Origin: Candidatus Krumholzibacteriota bacterium
Lineage (GTDB): Bacteria > Krumholzibacteriota > Krumholzibacteriia > JAJRXK01
Assembly (NCBI GenBank): GCA_963806035.1
Contig: CAWDWO010000023.1
Coordinates: forward strand, 1 to 64,000
Direction: 5' to 3'
Length of the DNA: 64,000 nucleotides
Position numbers and translations under genes: made by a program. The notes under the pieces were generated by a model. That model made no database searches. It saw only the letters and a list, made by a program, of their open reading frames with translations, and was not told the origin of the DNA. Positions 1-9,333 of the stretch are shown here, piece after piece; within the stretch, counting starts at the first letter, position 1; each line of letters starts with the position of its first letter.

Positions 1-141
1 GAGCCTCCCCTTCTCGCGCCTGGCTGACCGTGTGATCGCGCATGCGCCGCGGACCGGGGGCAGCAGCAAGGGCGAGGGATCCATTCTGGGCGGCATCTCG
101 CGGATCTTCGAAGAATAGCGCTCCTCCAACCCCATCGATGC

Positions 142-2421
142 ATGCGCTCCCAATCTCATCGTCTGGCAATCTTCCTTGGCGCGGTTCTTTGGCTCTGCCC
201 GCTAGCCGGAAACGCACGGGCACAGTTTCATGCCCAAGTGAAGCCCGAGCTTACGGTCCACCGCAGGCAAGGGAGCATCGTGGTCGACGGCAAGCTCGAC
301 GACGAGGGCTGGGTCAGCGCCTCCAGAGCGCTCGACTGGAGCGAGAATTGGCCGGGAGAGCAGCTGAAGCCTCCGGTCGATTCGCAGGCCTGGATCTGCT
401 ATGACAACGAGAACCTCTACCTCGCATTTCTTCTGCAGGACGATCCCAAAGCGGTGCGTGCCACTCTCACCGAACGAGATCGCATCTGGAACGACGACTA
501 CGTGGGCATCATCCTGGACACCTACGGATCGAGCGCCTGGGCCTACGAACTCTTCGTGAATCCACTCGGGGTGCAGGGCGATCTGCGCTGGACCCCCAAC
601 GGCGAGGATCTCAGCTTCAACATCGTGTTCAAGAGCGCGGCAAGAATGCGCGAGGACGGCTGGTCAGTGGAGATGGCGGTGCCGTTCAAGAGCCTGCGTT
701 TTCCGAATCGCGAGGTTCAGGAGTGGCGCGCGACCTTTTGGCGCAACCAACCGCGAGCGAGCCGGCGACGCTACGGCTGGTCCGCCGTCGATCGCAACGA
801 ACCCTGCTGGCTGTGTCAATTTGGTTATTTGAAGGGAATTCAAGGGGTGAGTGCCGGTGGAGCGCTCGAGATTCTTCCCTCCGTGGTGGGCTACGACGCA
901 CAGGAGCTGAACGACGATCCGCTGCACCCCAAACTGAGAAGCGTGGACAGTGGCCTGGAGTTGGGGGTCGGCGCCCGCTACTCCATTTCTTCGAGCCTGG
1001 CGGCCGAGGGCACTTTCAACCCCGATTTTTCGCAGGTCGAATCGGATGCCGCCCAGATTGCGGTCAACACGACCTTCGCGCTCTTCTATCCCGAACAACG
1101 ACCCTTCTTTCAGGAGGGGAGCGATCTCTACGACACCTGGATCGATCAGGTGTACACCCGCTCGATCAACGATCCCCAGTGGGCCGGAAAGCTCACGGCT
1201 CGCACTTCCAACCAGAGCGCGGGCTACCTCGTGGCGCAGGATGAGAATACTCCCTACACCCTGCCTTTTCAGGAGCAAAGCGCCTTCGTTCTCGCGGGAC
1301 GTTCATGGTCGAACGTGTTCCGGCTGAAGCACAGCTACGGTGACGATAACATGATTGGAGTGTTGGGGACGGATCGTCGGCAAGAACGTGGCGGCTCGGG
1401 GACGACCTTCGGCATCGACGGGAGCCAGCGGTTTTTTCACAACTACAGCTTCGAGTATCAGCTCGTGGGCAGCCACACCGTAGAACCCGACGACCCCAAA
1501 CTCACCGAGGAACTCGATGGAGTGAGTTTCGACAAAGGAAGGCACACCGCATCCTTCGACGGCGAAAGCTACGACGGCTATGCGCACTACTTGAGCTTGC
1601 AGCGAAACGCCCGGCATTGGAATTTCGATACCGATTGGTGGGCCACTTCCCCGACATTCCGCTCGGACAACGGTTTCGTGTATCGCAACGACCGGCACGA
1701 AATGGATTTCTCGACCGGTTACAGCTTTTATCCCGAGGGCAGCTCTCTGGTGGACGAATGGAAACCCGGAGTGGCCCTCGGCCGGGTCTGGAATTGGGAA
1801 GGGCTTCGCAAGGACGAATGGTTCGTCCCGCAACTGTCTTTCGACTTGAAGGGACAAACTTCGCTCAGTGCGGATTGGATATTCTCCAACGAGCGCTTTC
1901 ACGGCCACGACTACCGGGGCATTCGCCGTTGGGAGATCGACGTCGACAGCAAGTTCAGCGAGACTCTGGGACTGGGGGCCTTCGCTTCCTACGGGAGCCG
2001 TATCGCGCGCAATCTCGACACTCCTGTACTCGGCGACGGACTGGACGCCTCGGCCTGGAGCACTCTGAAGCCGACGGAGAGAGTGACCCTCGAGACCAAC
2101 TGGGACTACCAGGAATTGCACTACCAGGAGCACGGCGGGGTGATCTTCGCCGGGTACGTGCTCCGCAACAAACTCAACCTGCAGTTCAGCCGCGAGTGGT
2201 TCCTGCGCCTGGTCGTGCAATACGACAGCTTTCAGCGGAGTCTCAGCCTCGAACCTTTGCTTTCCTACCGAATCAACGCCTTTTCGGCCGTCTATCTCGG
2301 CAGCAGCCATCGCGCCCAGGACGTGCAGCTCATGGGGAGTGGTGGCCCCCCTTCTCGGACCGAATTCCGCGAAGATCGGCGCCAGTTCTTCTTCAAGCTC
2401 CAATATCTCTTCCGCAGTTGA
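142..2421 (+). CDS. DUF5916 / carbohydrate-binding family 9-like domain protein with probable outer-membrane beta-barrel C-terminus
   Basis: Signal peptide; CBM9-like N-terminus (VDGKLDDEGW, YDNENLYLAF, GWSVEMAVPFKSLRF); NPDFSQVESDA...FYPEQRPFF motif; ends FFFKLQYLFRS. Confidence 0.8.
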   Translation: MRSQSHRLAIFLGAVLWLCPLAGNARAQFHAQVKPELTVHRRQGSIVVDGKLDDEGWVSASRALDWSENWPGEQLKPPVDSQAWICYDNENLYLAFLLQDDPKAVRATLTERDRIWNDDYVGIILDTYGSSAWAYELFVNPLGVQGDLRWTPNGEDLSFNIVFKSAARMREDGWSVEMAVPFKSLRFPNREVQEWRATFWRNQPRASRRRYGWSAVDRNEPCWLCQFGYLKGIQGVSAGGALEILPSVVGYDAQELNDDPLHPKLRSVDSGLELGVGARYSISSSLAAEGTFNPDFSQVESDAAQIAVNTTFALFYPEQRPFFQEGSDLYDTWIDQVYTRSINDPQWAGKLTARTSNQSAGYLVAQDENTPYTLPFQEQSAFVLAGRSWSNVFRLKHSYGDDNMIGVLGTDRRQERGGSGTTFGIDGSQRFFHNYSFEYQLVGSHTVEPDDPKLTEELDGVSFDKGRHTASFDGESYDGYAHYLSLQRNARHWNFDTDWWATSPTFRSDNGFVYRNDRHEMDFSTGYSFYPEGSSLVDEWKPGVALGRVWNWEGLRKDEWFVPQLSFDLKGQTSLSADWIFSNERFHGHDYRGIRRWEIDVDSKFSETLGLGAFASYGSRIARNLDTPVLGDGLDASAWSTLKPTERVTLETNWDYQELHYQEHGGVIFAGYVLRNKLNLQFSREWFLRLVVQYDSFQRSLSLEPLLSYRINAFSAVYLGSSHRAQDVQLMGSGGPPSRTEFREDRRQFFFKLQYLFRS

Positions 2422-2598
2422 GATCACCGGCTCAGCAGCCCACTCGCGCGTCGATCGCGGGCCCGGACCGAGGGGCCGAGCCGGGGCCGACTCTCCCATC
2501 TGGAACTTGCTCTCTGCTCCTTCTTGACCTTTGGGCGGCTTTTCGCCAATGTCCACGGGACCCCGCCTAAAGATCTCAGCCCTGGAGGCGTTTCGTTC

Positions 2599-4365
2599 AT
2601 GCCATTTTTTCAGAAATTCCCGAGCGCCTTCTGGCTCGCGAACACCATGGAGATCTTCGAGCGTATGGCGTGGTACGGCTTCTATGCCGTTTCCACTCTA
2701 TACCTGACCGGTTCGGTGGAGACGGGCGGTCTGGGACTCTCCAGTGAAAAGCGCGGGATCATCCAGGGGATCATCCCCTTCCTGCTCTACCTCTTCCCGG
2801 TGGTAACGGGCGCCCTGGCCGACAAGTTCGGTTACAAGCGCACCTTCTTCACCGCTTATGCCATCATGACTCCGGCCTACTTCCTCCTGGGTCAACCGGA
2901 TGGCTTCTGGGGCTTCTTCTTCTGCTTCCTCTTGGTCGCGCTCGGCGCCGCCACTTTCAAGCCGGTGGTCGTCGGCACGGTGAGCCACGTCATCGACGAC
3001 AAGTACAAGTCCCTGGGCTTTGGGATCTTCTACATGATGGTGAACGTCGGCGGCTTCGTCGGTCCCATCGTGGCGGGAATCGTTCGCAACGATCTGGGCT
3101 GGCCCTGGGTCTTCCGCATGAGCTCGATCTGGATCGCCTGCAACTTCATCTGGCTCGCCTTCTACAAGGAGCCGCTCGGCCGCAAGGCGGCACTGACCAA
3201 GGAACTCGAGGAGGCCAAGGCCAAGCTGGCCGACGTGGTTCAGGCCCCCGTAAAAAGCAGTCCCCCGCAAATTCTCGCAGCCCTGCTGCGAGGCGGACCG
3301 ACCTTCATCGTGGCCGGTTTCGTGTTGGGCTGGACGCCCACTCTCTTTGCCCTGGCTGGTCTTTCGATTCTGAGCGTGGCCATCCGCATTCTGGTCGCGG
3401 TGGTGCCGAACGAAGTTCGCTTGCTGCTGCGCAAGTCGGGCGAGGACGTGGTCGAAGTGCTCGGCAACGGCGCCTTCTTCGTGAGCACGGTGGGGACCAT
3501 CTTCCTTCTCATGCTGGCCGGTGGCGAGTGGATCTCGTGGGAGAACATGGGCATCCTCATCGCGGTCCTGATCGTGGGCAATCTCATCGTCGACATGTTC
3601 TTGAAGAAGCGAGGCGATGCCGAGGGACTCTGGCAGAGCGCGAAGGTCGGCGACTGGCGCTTCGCCCTCTACCTCCTGGTGCTGTCCGGATTCTGGACCG
3701 AATTCAACCAGCTTTTCATCACGCTTCCCGAGTACATCCGCGACTACACCAACACCGATGACATTCTCCACTCCCTGCAAGGGTTCTTCAACACCCTGGG
3801 GATGAACGGGACTTGGCAAGGCTTCCTGACCAACATGACCCGCGCCGAGGGCGTCAATCCCGTCCACAACATCAACCCCGAATTCCTGATCAACATCGAC
3901 GCGGGCGCGATCATCGTCTTCCAGGTGCTCATCTCGGCGATCTTCGCCAAGCGCAAACCCTTCACCACCATGATCGTCGGCACCATCCTCACCGGAGTGG
4001 GAATGGCAATGAACATCTACGGGGGAATGGGCTGGATCGTGGTTGCGGCCATTTTCGTCTTCGCCATTGGGGAGATGATGGCCAGTCCGAAGAGCCAGGA
4101 GTACGTGGCGCTCATCGCGCCCAAGAGCAAGACCGCGATGTACATGGGCTACTACTTCGTGAGCGTGGCCCTGGGCAATCTCTTCGCGGGAATTCTCTCC
4201 GGCCAACTCTACGGCCACTTCGGGCCGGCGGACCGGGGCGGCATCGACAAGCCGGGAACCATGTGGCTCATCTTCGGCATCATCGGAGTCGCCACCGCGG
4301 CAATCCTCTTCCTCTACGACAAACTCGTCATTCGGCGTCGACCGGCTGAGGCAGTCGAGGCCTAG
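2599..4365 (+). CDS. POT/PTR-family proton-dependent oligopeptide MFS transporter
   Basis: ExxERxxxYG motif (EIFERMAWYG), GALADKFG, FYMMVNVGG, GEMMASP; GGAGG before ATG at 2599. Confidence 0.85.
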   Translation: MPFFQKFPSAFWLANTMEIFERMAWYGFYAVSTLYLTGSVETGGLGLSSEKRGIIQGIIPFLLYLFPVVTGALADKFGYKRTFFTAYAIMTPAYFLLGQPDGFWGFFFCFLLVALGAATFKPVVVGTVSHVIDDKYKSLGFGIFYMMVNVGGFVGPIVAGIVRNDLGWPWVFRMSSIWIACNFIWLAFYKEPLGRKAALTKELEEAKAKLADVVQAPVKSSPPQILAALLRGGPTFIVAGFVLGWTPTLFALAGLSILSVAIRILVAVVPNEVRLLLRKSGEDVVEVLGNGAFFVSTVGTIFLLMLAGGEWISWENMGILIAVLIVGNLIVDMFLKKRGDAEGLWQSAKVGDWRFALYLLVLSGFWTEFNQLFITLPEYIRDYTNTDDILHSLQGFFNTLGMNGTWQGFLTNMTRAEGVNPVHNINPEFLINIDAGAIIVFQVLISAIFAKRKPFTTMIVGTILTGVGMAMNIYGGMGWIVVAAIFVFAIGEMMASPKSQEYVALIAPKSKTAMYMGYYFVSVALGNLFAGILSGQLYGHFGPADRGGIDKPGTMWLIFGIIGVATAAILFLYDKLVIRRRPAEAVEA

Positions 4366-4431
4366 CTCGCAAGGCCCGTCACGCAACGCGTGGCGGGCCT
4401 CTCTCGTTCTCTTCCTCCAGGAGTTTCCACC

Positions 4432-5694
4432 ATGCGCGCACACCGTGACCCCGTCGCAATCTTGCAGACAACAGGACTAGTCGACCGTTTTCTAAGATAT
4501 GTTCAGATCGACACCCAATCCTGCGAGGAGAGCGAGAGCTGCCCCTCCACCGCGAAGCAGCTCGATCTGGCGCGGCTCCTGGCGGAGGAACTCACTCAGC
4601 TCGGTCTGAGCGGGGTCGAGCTGGACGAGAACGGTTACGTGCTGGCCACCCTCGAAGGGCATGGAGACATGGTCCTGGGCCTGTGCGCGCACATCGATAC
4701 CGCGCCCGCGTTTTCGGGCACCGAGGTGAAGCCACAGCTGCATCGTGACTACGCCGGCACCAGGATCAGTTTGAAGAACGGAGTGGTGATCGATCCCCGC
4801 GAGAATCCCGAGCTGCTGGAGTGCATGGGGGACACCATCGTCACTTCGGATGGCACGACCCTCCTGGGCGCCGATGACAAGTCCGGAATCGCAGCGATCA
4901 TGAGCATGCTGGAAATTCTGCAGCGGGATCCTTCGATCGCACATCCCACCCTCAAAATTTGTTTCAATCCCGACGAGGAAATCGGTCGCGGACCCCACCG
5001 CTTCCCTCTCGAGCGCTTCGGAGCCGATCTCTGCTTCACCGTCGACGGTGGATTTCCCGGCGAAATGAATGTGGAAACTTTCTCCGCGGACAAAGCCTTG
5101 CTGAAATTCACCGGAGTTTCCGTGCATCCGGGAACCGCGCGCGGCAAGATGGTGAACGCCCTCACCTGGATGGGAAAGTTCCTGGATCGCCTGCCCTGGG
5201 CCGAGAGTCCCGAATGCACCCACGAGAAGGAAGGTTTCTATCACCCGACCGCGGCCAAGGGAGATGCCGCGAGCTGCAGCCTCGAACTCATCCTCAGAGA
5301 CTTCGACACCGAGCAGCTGAAAGTCAGGGGCCAGCGTCTGCGAGCCATGGCCGAGAGCTTGAAAGCGGAGGAGCCCAAACTAAGGGTCGAAGTGGAGATC
5401 AGCGAGCAGTACCGCAACATGCACGACGATTTGGCCCAACACCCGAAGATCGCAGAGACTCTGCGCCAGGCCATCGAGGCCACGGGACTCACTCCGCGCA
5501 CGGTTGCGGTTCGCGGTGGGACCGACGGTTCGCAGCTCACCGCGATGGGCTTGCCCACCCCGAATCTCTTCGCGGGAGGCATGAACTTCCATGGGCCAAA
5601 AGAATGGGTGAGCGACCGCGCCATGGCACTGGCGACGGCCACGCTTTTGAATCTCGTGCAGATTTACGCGGAGGAGCCCGCCGTCACTTCTTGA
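4432..5694 (+). CDS. pepT: Peptidase T (tripeptide aminopeptidase, M20B)
   Basis: [58 protein letters not shown] before ATG. Confidence 0.93.
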   Translation: MRAHRDPVAILQTTGLVDRFLRYVQIDTQSCEESESCPSTAKQLDLARLLAEELTQLGLSGVELDENGYVLATLEGHGDMVLGLCAHIDTAPAFSGTEVKPQLHRDYAGTRISLKNGVVIDPRENPELLECMGDTIVTSDGTTLLGADDKSGIAAIMSMLEILQRDPSIAHPTLKICFNPDEEIGRGPHRFPLERFGADLCFTVDGGFPGEMNVETFSADKALLKFTGVSVHPGTARGKMVNALTWMGKFLDRLPWAESPECTHEKEGFYHPTAAKGDAASCSLELILRDFDTEQLKVRGQRLRAMAESLKAEEPKLRVEVEISEQYRNMHDDLAQHPKIAETLRQAIEATGLTPRTVAVRGGTDGSQLTAMGLPTPNLFAGGMNFHGPKEWVSDRAMALATATLLNLVQIYAEEPAVTS

Positions 5695-6307
5695 GTTCGC
5701 GACCGCTGAGGCTATTCAGGGCCTTTTCCGCCGCCTCCCGGGCCGCGTCGATCTCGGCCTCTCCTCCACACATGTAGAGGCGGCCGAAGGCGCCGATGGG
5801 ATTGGAGTCGACCAATCGCACCGGAGCCGCCTTCTCGGCTTCGTTGGCGGCGAGCATGCAGTACGCGGCCGGTTCGGTCTCCAGAATGAGAAGCGATTCA
5901 CCGGGCACGATCATGCCGCCGAAGCGCGTGCGGTTGATGAGCTGGGTGTGGTAGGGCTCCACTCCACGAATCACGGTGGAGGAGACGAGCCGCGGTTTCG
6001 CGCGGTCGTTTTCCGACTTGCCCAGAGCCCGCAGGATGCTCGCCCCCGCCTCGCGAACCTCCCCCTGATCGAAGTGGTTCACCTCGCAGAGCCCGAACGC
6101 GCGCTCGGTGGCGATGGTCGCGGGACGAACCGCGGTACTCTTGAGCGCGGCGTCCAACACCTCGTGGATGCGAATCGCCGGCGCAATCTCCACCCAGAGA
6201 GAAGCCACCCCGGGAACGGGTTGGAAGCCTCGGCAGGTGGTTCCCACCGCGGCCGCGAGCTGCGGCTGAAGTACGTCAAGAAATGCGTAAGTTCTCAGGT
6301 CGATCAT
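5684..6307 (-). CDS. Bacterial microcompartment shell protein, tandem circularly permuted BMC-T (CcmP/CsoS1D-like)
   Basis: [56 protein letters not shown]; matches the BMC-Tdp pattern. Confidence 0.9.
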   Translation of the reverse strand: MIDLRTYAFLDVLQPQLAAAVGTTCRGFQPVPGVASLWVEIAPAIRIHEVLDAALKSTAVRPATIATERAFGLCEVNHFDQGEVREAGASILRALGKSENDRAKPRLVSSTVIRGVEPYHTQLINRTRFGGMIVPGESLLILETEPAAYCMLAANEAEKAAPVRLVDSNPIGAFGRLYMCGGEAEIDAAREAAEKALNSLSGRELKK

Positions 6308-6466
6308 GATGGACCGATCCTGCCAGCGGCAATGCCTGCTGTCAACGAATGGAATGAGTACGCAAGCACATGCTCTCATTGCGCTATGCGGACGCTTTGC
6401 TCCGTGCTAGCCTGCCCGAGTTCCCCCAGTGCACCGACCAACACCATTCCCTAGGAGGATCATTCC

Positions 6467-7090
6467 ATGAAACGTGCCGTTCGCTTTACGCTGGCTCTTA
6501 CGCTGCTTGCCGGATTGCTCCTGCCCGGTCTGGCGAAGGCAGAAGAGGCTCGTCCCATCCAGCTCTCCCTGGTCCCCTCGGTCCAGCTCTTCTCCGAGCA
6601 GACTGCCATCCACGGAGTGCGCCTGGCCATCGTGGGCCGCAATTCCGAGGTTCAGGGCCTCGACTTCGGGCTTGGGCTGTTGACTACCGGCCCCTTCACC
6701 GGCGTGGCCTTGGGGATCGCGAATGTGGTGGACGGCACCGCCGCTGGCCTCCAGTGGAGTTTCATCAACTACACCAAGGGAGACGTGCAGGGGATGCAGT
6801 GGGGCTTTTACAACCAGGCCGCCAGCATGCAGGGAATCCAGTGGGGCCTCATCAACTTTGACGATGCAGATTTCCAGGGCTGGCAGTGGGGTGCGGCGAA
6901 CTTGGTGCAAAATGGCCACAGCAAAGGTCTCATGGTGGGCTTCGTGAACATGACCGAGGACATGAACGGGCTCCAGTTTGGGCTGGTGAACATGACCAAC
7001 AACATGCACGGGCTACAGATCGGGCTGGTGAACGTCATCAAGAGCAAGGAGAAGCTGCCGGTCCTCCCCATCGTCAACTGGGTGTTCTGA
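6467..7090 (+). CDS. Secreted LA_2272-like surface repeat protein (GxQxGxxN repeats)
   Basis: Signal peptide; repeats such as GMQWGFYN, GIQWGLIN, GLQFGLVN, GLQIGLVN; ends LPIVNWVF. Confidence 0.8.
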   Translation: MKRAVRFTLALTLLAGLLLPGLAKAEEARPIQLSLVPSVQLFSEQTAIHGVRLAIVGRNSEVQGLDFGLGLLTTGPFTGVALGIANVVDGTAAGLQWSFINYTKGDVQGMQWGFYNQAASMQGIQWGLINFDDADFQGWQWGAANLVQNGHSKGLMVGFVNMTEDMNGLQFGLVNMTNNMHGLQIGLVNVIKSKEKLPVLPIVNWVF

Positions 7091-7111
7091 TTGCGCGGAG
7101 ATGGGAGAAGT

Positions 7112-7188
7112 TGGCAGCCCCAACGGGATTCGAACCCGTGTACCCACCTTGAAAGGGTGGTGTCCTGACCTGACTAGACGATGGGGCC
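7112..7188 (-). tRNA. tRNA-Glu (TTC)
   Basis: Reverse complement GGCCCCATCGTCTAGTCAGGTCAGGACACCACCCTTTCAAGGTGGGTACACGGGTTCGAATCCCGTTGGGGCTGCCA; cloverleaf with encoded CCA. Confidence 0.97.
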
Positions 7189-7259
7189 GCCCAAGGCAAG
7201 GGGGCCCCTAGGCTAGACAGAAGGACCATCGAGCGCAAGCACTGGCTGCCCGGGCCACC

Positions 7260-7922
7260 TCAATAGTAGCGCCGGATTACCCCCATGAGCTTGCCCAGGA
7301 TCCGCGCATGCCCCATCTCCGGCGTGAGGAGAATGGATGCCATCTGGCCGTTCTCCGGCTTGAGTTCGACGTAGCCCTCGCGGCGGTAGAAGCGCTTCAG
7401 CGTCACCGAATCTTCGATGAGCACCACCACGATCTCGCCGTTCCGGGCCTCCTGCTGAGGACGCACCAGAATGAGATCTCCGTCGCACACGTGGGCGCCG
7501 ATCATCGACTCTCCGCGTACCCGCAAGAGGTAGCAGTTGGGGTCAGGGACCATCGAGACGTCGCACTCCAGTTCGCCGTCGATCCTCTCCTCGGCGAGGA
7601 TGGGGCTACCCGCCGCCACCTCCCCAATGATCGGAACTCGCACGTGCCGTCCTTCCCGGATCACCGGGGCGCGGCGAGGCTTTCGGGTTCCCTTCGGCAT
7701 CTTCAGGATCTCGATCGCACGCGAGTGATCACGGCGACGGCGGATAAACCCCTTCCGTTCCAGCTGTCGAAGGTGGTCGTGCACGCTGCGTGTGCTCAAG
7801 AGGCCGACCGCCTCTCCCAGCTCTCGAATGCTTGGAGGGTAGCCATGGTCTTTCATCCACTGGCAGAGCGCCTCGAGAACCTCTCCTTGGCGCGTCGTCA
7901 ATTCTCGAGTTGGTTTTCTCAC
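7260..7922 (-). CDS. lexA: SOS repressor LexA
   Basis: wHTH (YPPSIRELGEAVGL...HLRQLERKG), VAAG cleavage site, GESM Ser and TLKR Lys catalytic dyad. Confidence 0.95.
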   Translation of the reverse strand: MRKPTRELTTRQGEVLEALCQWMKDHGYPPSIRELGEAVGLLSTRSVHDHLRQLERKGFIRRRRDHSRAIEILKMPKGTRKPRRAPVIREGRHVRVPIIGEVAAGSPILAEERIDGELECDVSMVPDPNCYLLRVRGESMIGAHVCDGDLILVRPQQEARNGEIVVVLIEDSVTLKRFYRREGYVELKPENGQMASILLTPEMGHARILGKLMGVIRRYY

Positions 7923-7950
7923 TCGTTTCCCCTCCAGATGAGATTTCGAT

Positions 7951-9333
7951 TCAGCCCAAGCGTTCGAGGCTCAGACCGAGTTCCAGTTGCTTTGGCGCGC
8001 CGAAGCCCGGCGCGGGCAACTCACGAAGCATGGCGGTCGTCGGGGATTTCTCCGCAGACGTCCTCCGAGAGCGGGCGCTGGCGGCCGCGCGCAGCTCCAG
8101 CTCGAACCATCCTAAAGCACGGCGATCCTCTTCGAAAAGCCGCACTCGCGGAATTCCATCGCGATCGCGCAGGAGCGGAAGACGCGACCAAAGTGCGCGT
8201 CCACTGAAGCAGAAGCGCCTTCCGCCCTGCGGTGTCTCCGGACAGGCGGCCAAGAGTCCGCCCTCCAGCCACGGAAGAAGCCGGCCCTGAAGCCGCGGCC
8301 AGGCTTCGCCGCTCACCCGCGCGGTCAGCCGCCGGTCCCATTCCGCGAGCGAGCGGGCCAGTGCGGTGGCCGTCACTTCGGGATCGGGAAGGCGGCCTTC
8401 TCGCGCGGGTCGGCGTTCGCTCAGTCCGAGCAACCAGGCGCAGATCCCACCCACCTGAATCAGGGGTGCCTCCACCGTCACCCCCGCCACGGGCAGCAAA
8501 GTCTGGATCAACGCTCCGGCCCGCCGCAACAGGGGTCCGAGCATCCATTCGTTGAGCAGCTCGAGTTCCGCGTTGGCGCATTGACGCCAGCTCTCGGGCA
8601 GACTCTCGTAGAGGCAGCGTTCCCGCAGAAGACTACCGCGATGCAAAAGGTCTCTCAGCATGGGAACGTAGGTTTCGTCAGGCAGCCGATACTCACGATC
8701 GAGTTGAAAGTCGGTGCACAGAATGGGAGCCATCCCCGAGCGTTTCGAGGGAGCAGAGGACTCTTCCTCCTCCTCGACGCTCATGAGGCGCAGGGCCGGC
8801 AGACCCCACTCCCTCGCCAATCCCTCCAGGGGATCACCCTCGCGACGAAGGATCGCCAGAGCGACCCGGTCGGCGCCCAGGCTCCCGATCCACTTCTGCG
8901 CGCGCTGCCGGATCCCCTCGTCTTCAAAGGAGGTGGATGAACGCAGCACGTCGCCCGGAACTCCCAGAAGAGCCAGCGGTTCGTGAGCGCGCGCCACGCC
9001 GTCGAGTTCGTCCTCGCTGAGCTTCACCCCGGTCAGAAGACCCTGGAGTGCCGCGTCGCTGCGCGCCAGCCAGAGAATCTTGGCGCTATCGCCGAAACCG
9101 CCGTTGGCTTGCGGTCGAGCCGGCATCCATCTCCCGGGCAAGAGTGTGCAGGGAACTCGCGTCGCCATTTCCAGCAGGGAAAAGAGTCCGGAGGGGGCAT
9201 CGCCCCACTCGAGAAGGGTTCCCTGGCAGGCGGTTTCTCGCATCTTGCGCGCGGCCTCCTCCTGGCCGTGGAGTTCGAGCCAGGCGCGGTCGAGCCTCAA
9301 GAGAGTGGGCAGCGTGGGGCTACTTTCCATCAT
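7951..9333 (-). CDS. Degenerate, truncated DnaE-like (Pol III alpha / DnaE2) protein: PHP plus palm remnants, likely inactive, with C-terminal clamp-binding-like motif
   Basis: Segments colinear with DnaE: ILWLARS, GADRVALAI, LAREWGLPAL, ELELLNEW, GGICAWLLGLSERRP, RLPDPEVT, FSGRALWSRLPLLRD...RALGWFELEL; tail KQLELGL; GAGGAG RBS; overlaps dinB stop. Confidence 0.65.
   Translation of the reverse strand: MMESSPTLPTLLRLDRAWLELHGQEEAARKMRETACQGTLLEWGDAPSGLFSLLEMATRVPCTLLPGRWMPARPQANGGFGDSAKILWLARSDAALQGLLTGVKLSEDELDGVARAHEPLALLGVPGDVLRSSTSFEDEGIRQRAQKWIGSLGADRVALAILRREGDPLEGLAREWGLPALRLMSVEEEEESSAPSKRSGMAPILCTDFQLDREYRLPDETYVPMLRDLLHRGSLLRERCLYESLPESWRQCANAELELLNEWMLGPLLRRAGALIQTLLPVAGVTVEAPLIQVGGICAWLLGLSERRPAREGRLPDPEVTATALARSLAEWDRRLTARVSGEAWPRLQGRLLPWLEGGLLAACPETPQGGRRFCFSGRALWSRLPLLRDRDGIPRVRLFEEDRRALGWFELELRAAASARSRRTSAEKSPTTAMLRELPAPGFGAPKQLELGLSLERLG

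Noticed and set aside
6650..7040. Tandem nucleotide repeats or CRISPR-like array
   Set aside because: Degenerate coding repeats of the LA_2272-like protein. No CRISPR array or cas gene seen anywhere in the window.
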